A DNA stretch of 64,000 nucleotides from the human T2T-CHM13v2.0 reference genome, Homo sapiens. Position numbers and translations under genes: made by a program. Numbering within the stretch: the first letter of the stretch is position 1; every line of letters begins with the position of its first letter. The stretch lies in the NCBI RefSeq assembly GCF_009914755.1, contig NC_060940.1. The stretch is one strand, 5' to 3'. Below, in pieces: positions 1 to 22,655 of this stretch. A model generated the notes under the pieces. It was not told where the DNA came from. It was given only the letters and a program-made list of their open reading frames with translations, and made no database searches.

Positions 1-559
1 ACAGCCTGAAGGCTCTGCCAGGAGCCATGCACTCAGGGACTGAGGCTGGTCCCACCGTCTTCTTCCTGCCCCACTGCTCTCACCCAGGGATCGGGTTCCC
101 AACATCCTGCGGCACTGAAGTTCCCAGTGTGCAGGAAGGCCAGTGCTAACAGCGCCTGCAAACTACCCACCTGCGGAGACACCACCAACACTGACCTTCA
201 CCCTTCACGTGAACAGGGGGCGTGACCACCACAGAGACCAGAGTTGCACTGCCCATCGAGAGGACGTGTGCTTGGATCTGTTTGGAGACCACCTCCTGCT
301 CAGTGCCCGGGAAACAAGTGGATTTCTCTCTCTTCTCCTTGAGAACCCTGGCAGCCCAGAAAGCCGCCTCCCAGCTCATCCCTGCCGGAAGCGCTCCCAG
401 CAGCCCGCCTCTCGCCCTGCTCAGCTCTGGCCCCGCGGGGCTGTTGGACATGGACAGGCAGGTGCACCCAGAAAAGGGCGCCTGCAGCCTCCCGGGTTCA
501 AGGGTAGCTGTCCGGCCCACCAGGGCGACGTTAAGGACAGCTCTACTGAGGAGCCACTG

Positions 560-5900
<5,341 letters not shown>

Positions 5901-6320
5901 CTGGTTGTATCTTTTGGGAGGCTGCCCTTCAGCCACCACAGCCCTCATTTCAGGTTCTTGTGGGACCCTCGACAAAGAGATGCTTTCCACCTCCTAACCG
6001 GGTATGTGGCTCAGGGAGGCTGTGTGGGGGCTGGGCTGGCCCGCAAGGGGCGGGCGGGGTGGAGGTGGGGCCTGTGAGTCCGGTGGACGGGATGCAGCCC
6101 AGGTTGGCTGAGGGCCGGCAGGTGGTGCTGCGGAGCCCACGGGGGCCGGCAGGTGCCACAACCCCGTAAAGGGGGAATAAACCCCCCTCAGGTCAGGAGT
6201 TCCTGGGGAGGAGAGCTGAGTTTTCCAAAATTAACTAATTTTTCCTGAACGTCTGATTTCAAAACGTTTACTGAGCTTTCCTGTGTTCCATCAAGGCCTC
6301 TGCTTCCAGGAACTGGGAAA

Positions 6321-6625
6321 GGAGAGGTGGGGTCACTGCGGGTCTGCCTGGCTGGGCAGCAGGAGAGGAGGTGGGTTCACTGCGGGTCTGCCTGGCTGGG
6401 CAGCAGGAGAGGAGGTGGGTTCACTGCGGGTCTGCCTGGCTGGGCAGCAGGAGAGGAGGTGGGTTCACTGCAGGTCTGTCTGGCTGGGCAGCAGGAGGGG
6501 AGAGGTGGGGTCACTGCGGGTCTGTCTGGCTGGGCAGCAGGAGAGGAGGTGGGTTCACTGCGGGTCTGCCTGGCTGGGCAGCAGGAGAGGAGGTGGGTTC
6601 ATTGCGGGTCTGTCTGGCCGGGCTG
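6321..6625. repeat. 44-bp minisatellite, about 7 copies
   Basis: Unit GGAGAGGAGGTGGGTTCACTGCGGGTCTGCCTGGCTGGGCAGCA; its TCAC core recurs at 6333, 6377, 6421, 6465 and onward. Confidence 0.95.
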
Positions 6626-6855
6626 CAGGACGTGCACTCAGACTCAGCCCGTGTGGTTTCCAAGGCCCGAAGGACACACCAGGCCAGATGCCCCCATCAC
6701 ACACAGGGCTAGGGAGCAGCAACTGGGGTCCACGGTGGTTCCGCCCCACCCCACCCCGCAGGGCCACCCTCCGAGAGCAGTGCTATTGTTGGTTCTCGCC
6801 ATAGAACCTGGGTTTAGGTTTGGGGGCCCAGGGGCTGCCTGGTGGGGGGGTGGGG

Positions 6856-7514
<659 letters not shown>

Positions 7515-7672
7515 AGTGGGGAAGGTGAATCCTCCAACTCCCCCACCTGTGTGGCCACTGATGTGCAGGACACCAGGATGAGCTTCCCAGAGGGCCAGAG
7601 CCAGGCAACAGAGTGCAGGGTAGGCCAGCATGGCCTTGGGGCGGCGTGGTACCCAACAGGAATGTGGAGATG

Positions 7673-10425
<2,753 letters not shown>

Positions 10426-12718
10426 TTATAAGAAACTACAAGGAATCTCTACACGTAGACCTGAATGTGCAGCTGTGCTCACCGAAGGTTGGGGCTGCTG
10501 GTGTTCCCGGTGACCAATCACCTTCAGCCTCAGCCTGCTCACTGGCGCTTTCTCAGTGAAGTGGGCTGCACTCTCCGGAGGTCTGGACATTCTCAGGCCT
10601 GCTGGGAAATGTCCTGTATGGCCATAACTATTTTGCAGCTATTTGCATAACTATTTTGCAGTCACAGTTGGTGGTCAGCTTGGGACATAGCTGTTTTCAG
10701 CCCCTAAGCATGAACTTTATACTTGCCTTGTGAGTGCCAAGCTAGGGACTATGAGATGGAGTCACTCTGGTCGTGTTTTATGAGGGTGGAGGCCTGGAAA
10801 AGGCAGAGCTTCCTCCATCATAACCATCGTGGTGCCCCTGTCTGGGCCGGCTGTGTGCCAGCATCACAGCCCCCGGACCAAGTACTGCTCCATGCACCGA
10901 TGTCTGTTTTGCAGAATTGGAATCTCAGCTTCCGGAACCGCCCACTCCACCATCAGCCAAGCCGGGACCACTCCATAGTGCCTGGCCCCTGAGCTGTGCC
11001 CATGCTCCTGTGTTGAAGACCTGGTTCCCGTGAGGGACCTGGCCCCTCATTTGAACTCTCGGCACCTCATTTCTCTCCTCTGTAAAACGGGGATAGAAGG
11101 CCACCTCCCACAGCCCTGACTGCACAGGACATCCTGCTCTGGCCTGGCGGGTGGAGGAAACAGTGGCCGAGCGAGAGGCGCTGACCTCCCAGAGTCGGGA
11201 AGCCTGGGCCAACCAGGGAAGACTTCCTGGAAGAGGTGACCGGGGCGGAGACCCAGTGATGCGTCTGCTCCAGGCTAGGGGCTCGGTCCTCTTTTCTGTT
11301 TTGACCTCATGGGGGATGGAATTTAGAGCGATGGGAGCAGAAGCCAGCCTCTGAGCTCAGAGCATGGCTACTGCTCTCTGCGAGTGGGTCCTGCTGAGGG
11401 ATCCTCTGTGGATTATCGGATTAACGTTCAATGCGTCCACACCAGAGGCTGAGCTAGCAAAGCCGGACATCTCTATTTACTCAACTTCTTAAACGCGACG
11501 GCCAGTACCCTGACGATTTGGCCATGTGAAAACCAAAGAGAAGAGGTATTTTTTTTTTAAATATGTAGAACAAACAACACCAAAGTTATTTTATTCATTC
11601 AAAGTGTGAAAAGGCCAACAATAGCCTGGGGTGGGTGGGGGTGAAGGCACCCTGGCAGCCACCATCCCTGGCGTCCCTGGCACGGAGCGGTGTCCCTGGC
11701 ACGGAGCAGCGTCCCTGGCATGGAGCAGCGTGGAGTGGGGTGGGTGTAGGGAGGGGTAAGGTGAGCACGGAAGCGAGGCGCCTGTGAGCGTAGCCAAACG
11801 AGGCGCAGAGGAGACCAGAAGGAAAGCCACCCACGGGCTGCGAGATCGCGCAGGGGCGGTGGGAACCAGGGCAGCCTCTTCTCTCCAGGCCTGTTCCCTC
11901 CAGGTTCCAGCGTCCCTCTCACCGCAGCCCTTCCTTCTGCTCACGCAAAGCTCCTTGTTCTAATTTGAATTTCAATGGATGTACAAAGGTCAGACCTCAA
12001 ACCCCTCCTGGTGAACCAGTCACCCAGTCGCTCCCCTGAGCTGGTGGCTTCTCCCTCGGCCCCTGCTTTTCTCCCTCTCCCTCGGCCCCTGCTTTTCCCC
12101 CGCGTTGGCTGTTTCTCTGGTTTTGGACGTCCCTGCTGCTCGCTGTGCCGTGGACTCTTTCAGGTGCTGGGAAATGTCTTCTGTGTGTTTGTTTGACATC
12201 TGCCTCTCAGCTGCCAGTTGGTTCATTCAGTAGAAATCCCCTTCTTTCAGATGAAGTCAGATTTACCAATGCTTTGCAGTGTAGTTTGGTCCCAGGGCCT
12301 CGGGGATCTTGCTCCGTTCCCTTTTTTGGTTTCCTCCCCATCTCCACTTTTTCTTTTTTTTTTTTCCCCCGAGATGGAGTCTCCCTCTGTCACCCAGGCT
12401 GGAGTGAAGTGGCATGATCTCGGCTCACTGCAACCTCCACCTCCTGGGTTCAAGCGGTTTCCAGCTAATTTTTGTATTTTTGACAGAGACGGGGTTTCGC
12501 CATGTTGGCCAGGCTGGTCTCAAACTCCTGACCACAAGTGATCCACCTGACTCGGCCTTCCAGAGTGCTGGGATTACAGGCCTGAGCCACCACACCCGGC
12601 TTTCGTCGCTTTTAAGTGCGTAATTCAGTGGCATTATGTACATTCAGAATGCTGTATAACCATCACCGCTACCCATTTCTAGAAATTTCTCACCTCACAC
12701 AGACACTGTCCCCATTAA

Positions 12719-13075
<357 letters not shown>

Positions 13076-13244
13076 TGATCCACTCTCCTGGGCCTCCCAA
13101 AGTGCTGGAATTACAGATGTGAGCTGCCGCGCCCATCGGATGTGAGCTGCCGCGCCCGTCCGGCCGGCAAAGTGTTCTCGGGGTTCATCCACCTTGTAGC
13201 ACGTGTCAGAATGTTACTCCCTTTTAGGGCTGAATGATATTTCA

Positions 13245-14235
<991 letters not shown>

Positions 14236-14255
14236 AGGCGGGGCGCAGTGGCTCA

Positions 14256-14594
<339 letters not shown>

Positions 14595-14747
14595 TCAGTT
14601 GATGGACAGGGGTTGTTTCTGCCTTGGCCGTTATGAATAATGCTGCTGGGAACATGGGTGTGTGAGGATCTGTTCAAGTTCCCGTTTTTTATTCTTTTGT
14701 TTTGCGGGAATTGCTGGGTCATGTGGTCATTCTATGTTTAACTTTTT

Positions 14748-14903
14748 GCAGAACCACCAAGCTGTTCTCCACGGAGGCCACACCCTCTAACCTGCTCACC
14801 GGCAGCACACGGGGGTTCCTGTCCCGCAGAACCACCAAGCTGTTCTCCACGGAGGCCACACCCTCTAACGTGCTCACCGGCAGCACACGGGGGTTCCTGT
14901 CCC
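14748..14903. repeat. 78-bp tandem duplication, 2 nearly identical copies, inside L1
   Basis: GCAGAACCACCAAGCTGTTCTCCACGGAGGCCACACCCTCTAAC... starts at 14748 and again at 14826. Confidence 0.95.
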
Positions 14904-17064
14904 TCCACATCCTCATCACAGCTTGTTAAGCTACTAATTTTTATTTTTTGAGATGGAGTCTCGCTCTGTCACCCAGGCTGGAGGGCAGTGGCACCATCTT
15001 GGCTCACTGCAACCTCCGCTTCCCGGGTTCAAGCGATTCTCCTGACTCAGCGTCCTGAGTAGCTGGGATTATAGGTGCACGCCACCATACCTGGCTAATT
15101 TTTGTATTATTAGTAGAGATGGGATTTTATCATGTTGGCCGGGCTGGTCTCAAACTCCTGACCTCAAGTGATCCGCCCGCCTCAGCCTTCCGAAGTGCTG
15201 GGATGACAGGCATGAACTACTGTGCCTAGCCTAATTTTTGTATTTTTAGTAGAGACAGGGTTTTGCCATGTTGGTCAGGCTGGTCTCAAACTCCTGACCT
15301 CAGGTGATCTGCCCGCCTCAGCCTCCCAAAGTGCTGGGATTACAGGCATGAGCCACCGGGCCTAGCTGCTATTAATTTTTATATCAGTTTTATTGTGTTA
15401 AACTTATGTACAATAAATGCATCCATTTACAGTATACAATTTCAGGCTGGATGCGCTGGCTCACATCTATAATCCCAGCACTTTGCGAGGCCAAGATGGG
15501 TGTATCGTTTGAGCCCAGGAGTTCAAGACCAGCCTGGGCAACATAGCGAGACCCCATCTCTACAAAAATTAGCCGGGTACAGTGGCACGCACCTGCAGTC
15601 CCAGCTACTTAGGTGGAGGTGGGAGGATCACCTGAGCCCTGGAGGTTGAAGCTACAGTGAGCCGTGATTGTGCCATTGCACTCCAGCCTGGGCGACAGAG
15701 CAAGACGCTGCCTCCAAAGAAGAAAATAAAGCATATAATTCAAACAGTCCTGGAAGTTATACACACCCACGAATCCATCACCACAGTCAAGACACAGAGC
15801 ATTTTCCTCACCTTCCAGAGACTTCCTAGAGTCTCTGCAGTCTGCTCCTCTCTCCTGCTCTTGTTGAGTAGGAATCCTTCATTCTGATGAAGTTGCCCAG
15901 CACAGGCAACCACTGATCTGCTTCTTGTCAGAATAGATTAGCTTGCCTTTTAAATTTTTATGTAAGAGGAATCATACCTTATGTACTCTGAGTCTGCCTC
16001 TTTCATTGAGCATAATGATTTTGAAATTCATTTATTTTTTTCGTATATGAGATGGTATTGCCCTTTTTATCATTGGGCAGTACACCATAGTGTTAATATG
16101 CCATACTTTGTTCATCTATTGATGGAAGTGTGTGTGTATATATATATATATATATTTTTTTTTAAACCATTTTTGGCTATTGTGAATGGAGCTGCTGTAG
16201 ATATTCATGCATAAGTCTTTGTGTGAACACGTTTTCATTTCTCTCGGGACATTCCTTAGGAGTGGAATAGCTAAGTGGCATGGTTGGGTATAAGTTTAAC
16301 TTCTTAATAAAGTGCCAAACAAAACTGCCTGTATCCATTTGCACTCCCACCAGCAGCCTCTGAGAGTTCCAGTTGCTCCACTTCCTTGCCAACACTTGTC
16401 ATTGTTGGTCCTTAATTTAGTCATTTTAGTGGGTGTGTAATGCGCAGTGTTGCACTGTGGATTTCTCACTGCGGATGGAATTTGCATTTCCTTAATGAGT
16501 AATGTCTAGTGGGTGTGTAGTGAGCGGTATCTCCTTGTGGATTTCATTTGCATTTAGTGAGCGGTGATGACGATGAGCCTCTTTTCACATTCAGATTGAT
16601 CGTGTGTTGTGTATTTTTTGAGACAGGCTTTTCACCCAGGGTGTGGTTATAGCTCACTGCAGCCTCAAACTGGCCTCAAGCTATCCTCCCACCTCCTCCT
16701 CCCAAGTAGATGGGACTTCAGGCCTGCGTCACCATGCCTGGCTAGTTTTTAAATTTTTTGCAGAGATGGGGTCCCATTATGTCACCCAGGTTGGCGTGCA
16801 GTGGCGTGGTCATAGCTCGCTGCAGCCTCAAACTCCTGGGTCAAGTGATCCTCCCACCTCAGCCTAAAGTGCTGGGACTACAGGCATGCACCATCACACC
16901 TGGCTTTTGTATCTTTTTGTGTGTGTGTGCAGTGTCTGTTTAAATCTTTTGCCCATTTTTAAATAACAGCTTTACTGAGAGATAATCCACACTATACAGC
17001 TCACCCATTTACCCATTGGAAGTACCGTTCGGGCCCAGTGTGGTGGCTGCAGCCTGAAATCCTA

Positions 17065-17517
<453 letters not shown>

Positions 17518-18151
17518 TTACGAAACCACTCATCTACTTCCTGTCTCTCTAAATTGACCCACTCTGGACGTTTCATCTAAAGGGACTCGTACGACGTGTC
17601 CGTGTTTCCAGGCTCAGCCGCGTTGCAGCACATATGGCCTGGGTTTTACGGGATTGTCTGTCTTATCATTGAACTGCAAATGTTCCTTGTCAATTCTGGG
17701 TATATGTCATGCAAATATTTCTCTTATTCTGTGGCTTGGCTCTTTATTTTCTTCACGGCATCATTCAAAGAGCAGCAGTGTCAGTCATGGTTTCTGCCTT
17801 CTTTCTTCCATCTAACAGGTCTCTGCCTGTTCCAAGCCCACAAACACTTCCTCTTGAATTTCCTTCTAATGGTTTTATAGTTTCAGCCTTTATACTCAGG
17901 CCTATGGTTGGCTTTGAGTAAATTTTGCATATAATATGAGGTAGGAATCTACGTTCTTTCAATCACATAGACACATAGATATGGCCGGGCATGGTGGCTC
18001 ATGCCTGTAATCCCAGCACTTTGGGAGGCCGAGGTGGGCAGATCACGAGGTCAGGAGATCGAGACCATCCCAGCTAACACGGTGAAACTCCATCTCTACT
18101 AAAAAAAAAAAGCCAGGCATGGTGGCGGGCGCTTGTAGTTCCAGCTACTCA

Positions 18152-18271
<120 letters not shown>

Positions 18272-18363
18272 TCACACAGATATTCTTATTTTTCTTCTTT
18301 CTTTCTTTCTTTTTTTTTTTCAGTAGAGACGGGGTTTCATCATGTTGGCCAGGATGGTCTTGA

Positions 18364-18645
<282 letters not shown>

Positions 18646-20321
18646 TAGCCAGGATGGTCTGGATCTCCTGACTTCATGATTCGCCCGCCTCGGCCTCCAA
18701 AAGTGCTGGGATTACAGGCGTGAGTCACTGCGCCTGGCATTTTTTTTTTTTTTTTTTTTTTTTTGAGACAGGGTCTTGCTCTGTTGCCCAGGCTGGAGTG
18801 CAGTGGCGTGATCTCGACTCACTGCAACCCCTACCTCCTGGGTTCAAGTGATTCTTCTGCCTCAGCCTCCTGAGTAACTAGGATTACAGGCATGTGCCAC
18901 CACGCCCAGTTAATTTTCATATTTTTAGTAGAAACGGGGTTCCTCCATGTTGGCCAGGCTGGTCTCGAACTCCTGACCTCAGGTGATCCGCCCACCTCGG
19001 CCTACCAAAGTGCTGGGATGACAGGCGTGTGCCACCACACAGGGCCTCATTTAAAGATTCTTTATAGAGATGAGGTGTCACTACGTTGCCCAGGCTGGTC
19101 TTGAACTTCTGGCCTCAACGGACCCTCCCGCATCGGCCTCCCACGGTGCTGGCTGAAGGGTGAGCCCAGGCTGGCCACAGCGCGTTTTCATCATTGTCCG
19201 CAGCTTGCAGTCGGCTGGTTCAGAGCTTAGCCGGGCACATGGGCCCCTCTGAGGCTCCTGTTCAGGGCTCAGCCGTGTCTACGGGGCCCTCCGAGCTCTT
19301 CCTGGACCCTCCTCGGCTCCTTCAGTTCAGGGCTCAGCTGGGCACGTGGGCGCCTCCTTGGCTCCTCCGGCTCAGGCCTCTCCTCGAGCTCTGGGCCCTG
19401 AGTATTCTGGGCTCCTTCCTTGGTTTCCTTTGGCCTTTGGCCGGGAAAGTTGTGGGTGTCCGTGGCAGCCTGGGCCACTTCACAGCCCCGCAGCCAACCT
19501 GCGGCTCCTTCAGAGCAAAGCTGTGTGGACACAAAGGGAACGCCACTCGGAGCTGGCCTCTCCCTTTACCTGTGAGTTCCCGCCCAAGCCGGCTGCCTTC
19601 TGTCCCCTCCCCAGAGCCCTTGGGTAACTGGTTTGCTACAAGAGTGTCTGGAATTTTTCAGTTGTTCTCTGCGGAAGGGAGTTTTTAAAAGGCCCTTAAT
19701 CCCTTCTTGACATTTGTAAGTTGACGCTTACACCTGGCAGCCTTGCTGAATTCTGTGTGCGTGAAGGTCCGATTCCACCGCGAGTCACGATAGAAAACCC
19801 ACTCTGTGGAGAGACCAGAGATGACCGCCGCGCACACCTCCGTTCAGCACACAAACCTTTGCAGGTGTTCATAGCGGAGGCAGATTCCGTACTGGGGATA
19901 AGAGCTCCCGACATGCTGGGAGGGGTTTCAGGGGCAGGGAGGGGGCTTCTGTGGCCCCAGGTCAGGAGGAGCAGCTCTTCCATCAGCAGCAGGCAGCCAG
20001 CCCAGATGCGTGGGGAAGACAGCTCCCACTTCGCCAGGCCAGAGAGCGCCCGGGGGCAGCTCTGTTCCAGTCGACCCTGCGAGAAAGGGGTGTGCGTGTG
20101 CCTGGAGCTGGGCCCCGTCCTGCCTCCCTGACCTGTGTGCTCCCACAGCCCTGAGACGGACGGCTCACAGCCTTGCGAGGCCCACACTGCACTGGGGGTC
20201 AGGCTTGTGCTCCCGGGAGTCCTGTCTGGGCTGCGTGGCCACCATCCAGAGCCTGCTGACCTGCGACTGGGGGGGCCAGTGCTCCCTGGGTTTCAGCACC
20301 TGAGAATCAGAGTGGGATCCC

Positions 20322-20580
20322 GTGAAACCTGGGCCCAGGCTCCCACCCACGCCCCACACCCACCCAGGGCAGCCATGAAACCTGGGCCCGGGCTCCCACT
20401 CACACCCCACCCCCACCCAGGGCAGCCGTGAAACCTGGGCCCTGGGCTCCCACCCACGCCCCACACCCACCCAGGGCAGCCATGAAACCTGGGCCCGGGC
20501 TCCTACACATGCCCCACACCCACCCAGGGCAGCCGTGAAACCTGGGCCCGGGCTCCCACCCTCGCCCAACGAGGGCAGCT
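20322..20580. repeat. 53/54-bp minisatellite upstream of the MSLN promoter, 4 full copies plus 1 partial
   Basis: (G/A)TGAAACCTGGGCCC... starts at 20322, 20375, 20428, 20482 and 20535. Confidence 0.95.
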
Positions 20581-20647
20581 TTGCCTTCCTGGGCATCCCT
20601 CCTCCCCCAGGCCTGGCCCGCTGCCTGTCCGAGGCTCCTGTGCGGGG

Positions 20648-20667
20648 TCTCCACCCACACATTCCTG
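20648..20667 (+). promoter_or_regulatory. MSLN 'Canscript' element: SP1-like CCACCC plus MCAT (TEAD) CATTCCT
   Basis: TCTCCACCCACACATTCCTG, with MCAT at 20660-20666, just upstream of the first MSLN 5'UTR exon. Matches the described element as I recall it. Confidence 0.85.
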
Positions 20668-20740
20668 GGGCGTGAGGCGCCACCACTCCCTGCTGCCCCG
20701 GGCAAAGCCGTCATTTGTTCCCTTTGACGGCCCGGGAGGC

Positions 20741-21150
20741 TGCCAGGCTCTCCACCCCCACTTCCCAATTGAGGAAACCGAGGCAGAGGAGGCTCAGGTG
20801 TGGCCAATCACCCTGCACATCAGAGTTACCCTGGGCAGGGCCCACTGAGACCTGGGAGGGGCCACTCGGGACCTGGAGGGCTGGGGGCTGCCCGGGCGTT
20901 AGGGGTAAAGCTCCCTACCCAACTGCGCAGAAGGCCTCAGAGGCCTGGGGGCTGGGCTTCCCCTTTCACATCGCCCTTTAGAGGCCCACGTGTGGGCATT
21001 GGCCCGCGATCTGAAAGGGGCTGTCCTGTTCCTCATGGGCGCTGCCAGCGCCACGCACTCCTCTTTCTGCCTGGCCGGCCACTCCCGTCTGCTGTGACGC
21101 GCGGACAGAGAGCTACCGGTGGACCCACGGTGCCTCCCTCCCTGGGATCT
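20741..21150 (+). other. MSLN: MSLN non-coding 5' exons (~20741-20797 and 21049-21150)
   Basis: Donor CAG|GTGTGG at 20797, acceptor CAG|CGCC at 21049, donor TCT|GTAAGT at 21150. These splice to the acceptor at 22647 before the ATG. Exact TSS is uncertain. Confidence 0.75.
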
Positions 21151-22655
21151 GTAAGTAACAACCTTTGAGCTCTTTCTGTTGTGGTGTGGATGGAATCTGC
21201 ACCTTCCATCTGGAGAACTGGGGCCGCCCCAGGCCGGGCTTCCAGCACCAGAGCGATGGTCAGGCTTCAGCTGGACGCAGATTTCACCCCGCAGGGCACA
21301 CGCAGACCCATTTGTTTGGAAGCGGCAGTCCTAAGGCAGTGCAGGTGCCTCCACGGCCCCAGCCCAGCTCTCCTGCAGGTGTAAAGGATGCAGATTCCAG
21401 GGCCCCCCGTGGCCTGCAGAGGCCCCTCAGAGCAGGAAGGGCCGGGCTCTCGGGGAGCCCCCATCCCAGGTGCTGAGGTCCTTGGGTCACATGGAGCTGG
21501 GGTGGGGAGTGCCCAGGTCCCCTGTGATCCGATGGCCACGTTTCCCTCCTGGCTTCACGCACCCCAAGGGCTGGGGGTCCCACTCACTGCCCATTTTCTG
21601 GCTGTGGGGGGGTCTGTTTTCTTCCACCTTCTCAAGGTGTTCAGAGCCTCAGGGGCCTCCCCACTTCCTCTGGGGCCTGGGGGAGTAGAGTCTGTCACCC
21701 GGAGGCTGTGTGCCTCCCCGTGACATTCCCCAGTGGCCGGGCCGACCAGGCAGGCTCTGCCTGTGGATGGGGCTGCTGAGCATGAGCGTGTGACCCCCAT
21801 TTCTGAGCTGTGGGTGGACCCACCGGGCCTGGGCCAAGGTTTTCAGGAGGCAGCTCTATTCTACTCCGCCATGGTGGCCTCCCTGAAAGGGGTGAGTGTA
21901 GAAGCCAGTTCCCTCTTCTGCGAGCCCCACCCCTACCCCAGGAGGACAATTCTTGTTCAGGGAGGGTCTCCCCACCCACTTCCCCACCCCACAGTGGCCC
22001 ACAGGCCCCACCCTAGAGAGTACAAGGGGCTCCCCAGGCTGCTCACTGGCCCAGCCCCGCCCCACCTGGACTGCACCTGAAAATGGGCTCAGAGAGGCCA
22101 AGTGGCCCAAAAAGACGCTGCTGGGTGGGAAGGGGCGGTGGCCTCTGTGCCCGCAGTGCCCCTCCTGCCTCAAGGGTGTTGTCTGCCTGGCAGAGCCTGG
22201 GGTGTTCACAAAGCCCAGGCACCTGCAGCTGAGGGCAGGGGAGAGGGGAGGGAGCCACATCCAGGCGACGGGGCTGCTCGTCCTCCTGTGCGAGAGTGGG
22301 GAGACTCAGGCCAGCCCAAGTGGGCGGCGGCCCCGGTTGCTTGATCTAAGCTCTGCTCACACTGCCCTGCCCTTCTGGGAGAGGGGTGGGCGCCAACTGA
22401 CTCCTGGGCTGTCTGGGCTGGGGACCGGGATCTCAGACCCAGCCCCTCCCCTGGACAGGAGGAGCCAGTCCAGGGGACAGAGGGCTCAGTGGCTGGAGGG
22501 CAGGGCCAGGGTGCGGACACAAGCTGCAGGTACCACAGAAGTTTGCTCTGGGAGCCCCTCCTGGGCCCATGTGGCCCCAGGCTGGCCCAGGACAGAGGCG
22601 TGGGGTGGGAGCAGGGGGTCCCATCCTGAGTCACTGCCCTCCACAGACACAGACC

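Noticed and set aside
6321-6625. Regularly spaced repeats (also 20322, 45071, 58905) considered as CRISPR-like arrays
   Set aside because: Head-to-tail units with no unique spacers and no cas genes, in a eukaryotic context: ordinary minisatellites.
10623-10661. Octamer ATTTGCAT between two 16-bp direct repeats
   Set aside because: Probably a by-product of a small local duplication; no snRNA PSE or other support.
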